This document shows positions 59,109 to 64,000 of a DNA stretch of 64,000 nt, piece after piece. The position numbers and the translations under genes were made by a program. The notes under the pieces are model-generated. The model searched no databases. It had not been told where the DNA came from and saw only the letters and a program-made list of their open reading frames with translations. The stretch covers positions 41,602,001-41,666,000 of the forward strand of contig OZ024756.1 in NCBI GenBank assembly GCA_964016885.1, in the 5' to 3' direction. Within the stretch, counting starts at the first letter, position 1. Each line of letters starts with the position of its first letter. This DNA comes from Eledone cirrhosa (lineage: Eukaryota).

Positions 59109-59253
59109 TTAGCTATTGCAATGGTGCTAGGAGTAGTGGCTTGTAAGAAGGGAACAAATATTTACAGTTGGTGTTTTATACGAATCAAACCATACTATTA
59201 CATAATGTCAAGTAATCGGAAATTACTTTGAGCCTGATCGAGAGAGAAAGGCT

Positions 59254-59287
<34 letters not shown>

Positions 59288-60935
59288 CAGGGAGATAGCT
59301 AGGTAGGTAGATAGGTAGATAGATAAATAGATAGATGGGGGGAGACTCACTCGTAAAGCTGTGCAAGGAGGTTTTGACTTTCTACACTGTGGTCTACAAG
59401 ATCTGTGAAGTTTTCAGGGACAGTCAGTCCACACCACTGACGCCATGTTGTGTAGGTTGGTAGTCCAACATCACGTCCATGTTGGACGTCAATTGCAGCC
59501 AAATCCCATCCATTTCCTGGAGTCAGTTCAACTAATTTGTTGGTAAGTTCTTCAGTCATCAGTCTATAAAAGATAACAAAAACATAGACAATAGGTGCTT
59601 CAAAGATATTGAACTTCAGCGTCGTAGATTTTCAAACTTTTATCCTTAATTGCTTGTCATCGTTTAGATCCGGTTTACATCCGGTTTAGGAAGGTTTAAG
59701 CCTAAGCAAGGAGACCTATGATAAAAGGCGTTCCAGCCGTGACAATTTGTAAATGTTTCCTAGATCGTGTACCTAAAATCACATTAACGAATGTGCCTTT
59801 ATTTTTATAGATTGGCAGGGTGTGATTTGAAGGAGATATAACTACTATTTCTAGCATGTGGAACAACCACGTAGAGGCTCTCCTGCTGGCACCCCAGTTA
59901 AGTTTATTTTGATGGTAATATTATAAATATATATTACCATACAATAGAATAAATATAAACAATATCATAAATATATATTGTTTAGAATACATGAACGTAT
60001 ATATTATTTAATAAATGTCAGTTAAATTATTGTCGCCAGAATTTTCCCGGCGCCCTACTGATTACTGCCAACCCATCTCCTTTATTCGAACTAAACAATA
60101 ATAACAGCAGCTGTTTCTACCTGTCAACCTGTTGTGCAAGATCAGAGGTAAGTCCTCGGTAAACCAGAGTAGGGGCATCAGTTTCTCCATAGAAAACATC
60201 CGAGTTATAGAACAAAGAACTAAGTTCATTTTGGGTTTCTCCGATGGTAATAAGGCCTCTGATTCCGGAATGGCTGTAGATAACTCCAGCAGATGCAAAA
60301 CCGTTACGAATGGCTGGGTTGATGGTACCAATGTAAAGGGAGTACCCTTCTGCAAGGGAGTTCAGGTTGTAGGTGTTCATAAGATCGGGGCCAAGGACTT
60401 TGGGTAGATATTCATTGTATATAACGTGTTGCATCTCAGCGGTGACAATCTTGCGAGCCTCCTGGAAGAGGACTTCGTCAGTCCAATCTGGGTGAGCAGC
60501 GCTCAAAATGTTAGCTACGCGGTTGTGTTCTCTAAGGAAGAGTGTGTGCTGGGACATCATCATGGGTTGTACGTTGACGCGGTTATCACCTGGATTAATA
60601 ATAATAATAACATTAATAATAATAATAATAATGGTTTCTGATTTAGGCACAAGGCCAGAAATTTTATGGGGGGGGGTCAATTAAATCGACCTCGGTGCAT
60701 TACTGGTACTTTATTTATCGACCCCGTAAGCTAAACTTGGCGGGATTTGAACTTAACAAAGGTAGATTAATGATAAATGAAACAACTCACCTCCAACAAA
60801 GCAAAGGTTTCCTTCAGAGGCAGTACAGAATGTGGTGTTGGATTGAGGGAGAAGATCCAGATCGTCAGTTGGGGTTGTTCTCATAAGTCCTGGAATATTG
60901 GGAAAACAAGGTTTGGAGTGATGCTGCCTGGACGA

Positions 60936-61034
<99 letters not shown>

Positions 61035-63949
61035 TAATATCATTAAAAACAAAAAAAACAACGAAATCTTACCACCGGTCATTGATCTTAAGGCCAATTG
61101 TCTGGTCAAATCTGAGCCATAAACTTGGGAAGCATCGATGTAGCTGGTTGCAACATTGAGTTGTTCACGTGGTCCTGTAATTGTAAGATAAAAGGTGACC
61201 TTATATTACAACTTAACCTTTTGGCATTTACATTACTCTATATTAACTATTGTATTTTCATGGAAAACACTTTATTTCACATAATTATCTCACATAATAT
61301 CGAATCTGCAAGATCTTGATATTATTTATTTTGAGAACAATACCTTAACATAAGTATGAGCAGTCAGTTACAGCTGGTTTGAACAGAAAAGGTGAGAGAA
61401 TTCTGGCCGGATATGGCCGGCTTAAATGCTAAAGGGTTAAACAAAGCAACATTATTTATATTATCAACTATTTAACCCTTTGTCATATCAAATGTGAAGG
61501 TGTGTTATGTTTATTTTCCTGTTAGAAATGAGAGTTAGTATTAATATTAGTATTAGTATTAGTACTAATATTAGTATTAATATTTATTAATATTAGTATC
61601 CTTACCCAAAGCACAGGAAAGTGGAGGTGTGGCCAGACTACGGGTGAATGCCATACAGGTTCTGCCAAATTGAGCAAAGTAGGGGTCATCTTCTGGGAGG
61701 GCGATCGGGTAGCAGACGTCACTAAATAAACAAGAAATAAAGTTTGAAAAACAATTATTATCATTATTACGGGGAAAATAAGGCGGTGAATTGGCAGTAT
61801 CGGTAGAGGGTCGGACTCTTTGATTTGCAGCATAGAGTTACGGCCCTTTATGGTCTGAGTTCAAATCCCGTCAAGGTTAACTTTGCCTTTCACCCTTATG
61901 AGGTCGATAAAATAAAGTACCAGTAATACATTGGGATAATTGCTGGCCTTGTGCCCAAAGTAGAAACAATTACTATTAACGGAAAGGTAATATTGAAAGA
62001 TTGAGAAGCAATGTAGACCTGGGGACTGGACTTTGAAGGACTTGAATTCAGAGCCAGAAGAAATACCGCAAGACGTTCTGTCTGACGCTCATACGATTCT
62101 AGCAATCTGATAACTTTAACAAAGTATTACTTACATGTCATCAGTAGTACAACAGTCTCCTGGCAGAAGAGGAAGAAAAAGAATGAATTAGGGTGAGATA
62201 TTGTTGTTAGTTTAATAGTAGTTTCTATTAGCAACAGCACTGAAAATATCTGGCACTGCGTCGGTTACGACGACGAATGTTCCAGTTGATACGATCAAAG
62301 GAGCAGTCTGCTCGTGAAATTAACATGCAAGTGGCTGAGCATTCGACAGACACGTGTACCTTTAACGTTGTTCTTAGGGAGAGTCAGCTTAACAGAGAAT
62401 GTGACAAGGCTGGTCTTTTGAATTACAAGTACAACTCATTTTTGCTACACAGGTAGCTCTCTCGAATTTATAGATGTTAGGTCGCTCTCTTGAAATCATA
62501 TAAGACACAGCTTTCTAGAAATGATATATAACACAGGTAGCTCTCTAATGAATATATAGGACGTAGGTCGCTCTCTAGAAATTATATAAGATACAGGTAG
62601 TTCTATAGTAAATATACAAGACGTAGAAATTATATAAGACCTATGTAGCTCTCTAATAAATATATAAGACGAAGGTAGCTCTCTAGTAACTACTAAGACC
62701 TATATAGTGCTCTATTAAATATATAAGACGGAAGTAGCTCTCTAGTAACTACTAAGACCTATATAGTGCTTTAGTAAATATATAAGACGGAGGTAGCTCT
62801 CTAAAAACTACATAAGACCTATATAGAACTCTAGTAAATATATAAGACGGAGGTAGCTCTCTAGTTACTACTAAGACCTATATAGAGCTCTAGTAAATAT
62901 ATAAGACGGAGGTAGCTCTCTAGAAATTATGTAAGACTAAGTTCCAATAACGATAACGAAAAACTTACCTGCTGTTGGCATGGATGGGAAATCTTGAAGA
63001 TCGTGGTTGAGGAAAACTCCGAACATTGTCAACAGGTGGGTCATATCTGGATCGACATTATCTTGATTGCTGTCACCATGGAATGTTGTACTGATCAAAC
63101 GAGCTCCAGGAAGGGTTCCTCCGAGGACACCAGTAGTACGAGGAACGTTGAGGGCTGGTTTAAAGAGAAATATTTTATATTAGTCACAGTAAGGCTCTGT
63201 CGCAACTCAGAGTGATACCACAACTCACAGGGGAGCCACAACTCACAGGGGTGTCACACCTCACAGGGGTGCTACAGATTACAGGGGTGTCACAGCTCAC
63301 AGGGGTGTCACAGCTCATAGAGGTGTCACAGCTCATAGGGGTGTCACAGCTCACCGGGGTGTCACAGCTCACATGGGTGTCACAACTCATAGGGAGTCAC
63401 AACTCACGGGGTTTTCACAACTCACAGGGGTGCTACAGATTACAGGGGTGCCATAGTTTAGAATGGGAATAAAGTGTGAGATGTGTTAGGGAAACGAAAT
63501 GGGATGTTATCTACTTGACTGGTACTTTATTTATCGACCCCGGGCAGATAAATGCTAATGTCAACCTCGGCGAGATTTGAACACAGAACATAAATGCAGC
63601 AAAGTAATTTGTCCGACGCTCTACCGATATTGCCAATCCACCACCCTGGGCCTGACTTTACATTGCTTGGCCCCTTTTGTTTGTTCGACACTCTACTGAT
63701 TCTAACAGTGTCAATTATTCATTTGTTTACTCACCATCTTCATAAACAGCAGGCAAATAACGGTCGAAAGGAGTATTTGATCGGCCAAGGTATGGGAACT
63801 GAATATTATTACAAGAGCCGTCAGCTGCACGATATGGAGAAGCTAGATCACAGGTTATGGCATCAAGGAAGGGACAGTTTTCAACAAGTTCCAGAGGTGG
63901 TTGGACAGCTGGGAGAAGGTTTTCTGCTGTTATAGCTCCATCAGCTAAC
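57436..63949 (-). CDS. Animal haem peroxidase (peroxidase-cyclooxygenase superfamily, peroxinectin-like) with C-terminal TSP1 domain; 5' exons lie right of the window
   Basis: Exons: 63735-63949, 62969-63154, 62135-62159, 61606-61721, 61073-61174, 60791-60889, 60121-60589, 59351-59563, 58703-58869, 58039-58141, 57436-57646 (all GT-AG, frame open, ~634 aa in window). Motifs: [86 protein letters not shown]; TSP1 [21 protein letters not shown] at 57356-57361 (-). Confidence 0.92.
62135..62159 (-). CDS. 25-nt microexon of the peroxidase (G-DCCTTDD-I)
   Basis: ttcctcttctgccag|GAGACTGTTGTACTACTGATGACAT|gtaagt. It is required to convert the phase-1 donor of 62969-63154 into the phase-2 acceptor of 61606-61721 and supplies the CC pair typical of peroxinectin-like proteins. 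Confidence 0.85.
62450..62938. repeat. ~30-bp degenerate minisatellite (peroxidase intron)
   Basis: Unit ~GGTAGCTCTCTAGTAAATATATAAGACGGA, with alternating variants. Confidence 0.85.
63215..63450. repeat. 18-bp minisatellite, ~13 copies
   Basis: Unit CACAGCTCACAGGGGTGT. Confidence 0.85.
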
Positions 63950-64000
63950 CTGGAAGAAAGAAATGAAACATTTGAAGACTAGATTAATAGTTTGGTTTAG

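Noticed and set aside
60890-60930. Alternative peroxidase acceptor at 60927
   Set aside because: It leads to a stop (FQDL*) in the required phase; the acceptor at 60889 has a better pyrimidine tract and keeps the frame.

Overview
AT-rich, microsatellite- and SINE-dense eukaryotic DNA, most consistent with an octopus/coleoid cephalopod genome (inferred from repeat style and gene content). Almost all ORFs in the supplied track are microsatellite artefacts. Four protein-coding genes were reconstructed by hand with canonical GT-AG junctions and consistent phases. (1) The 5' part of a NUAK-family (AMPK-related) kinase on the - strand: coding exon 1 at 41185-41373 and exon 2 at 2646-2766, separated by a 38.4-kb intron; the rest lies left of the window. 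(2) A complete 7-coding-exon ASB3-like ankyrin/SOCS-box gene on the - strand (46920-53016). (3) An intronless SPATA24-like coiled-coil gene on the + strand (54016-54726), head-to-head with ASB3. (4) The last 11 exons of an animal-type haem peroxidase with a C-terminal thrombospondin-1 domain on the - strand (57436-63949), including a 25-nt microexon; its haem pocket is strongly remodelled. The most unusual non-coding signals are: several minimal hammerhead-ribozyme motifs in short elements embedded in (TA)n; a set of 'hairpin + conserved tail' elements, including a near-perfect 339-bp palindrome; minisatellites grown from SINE segments; and a 4x tandem duplication of an ASB3 splice donor. All family assignments come from motif recognition, not database searches.
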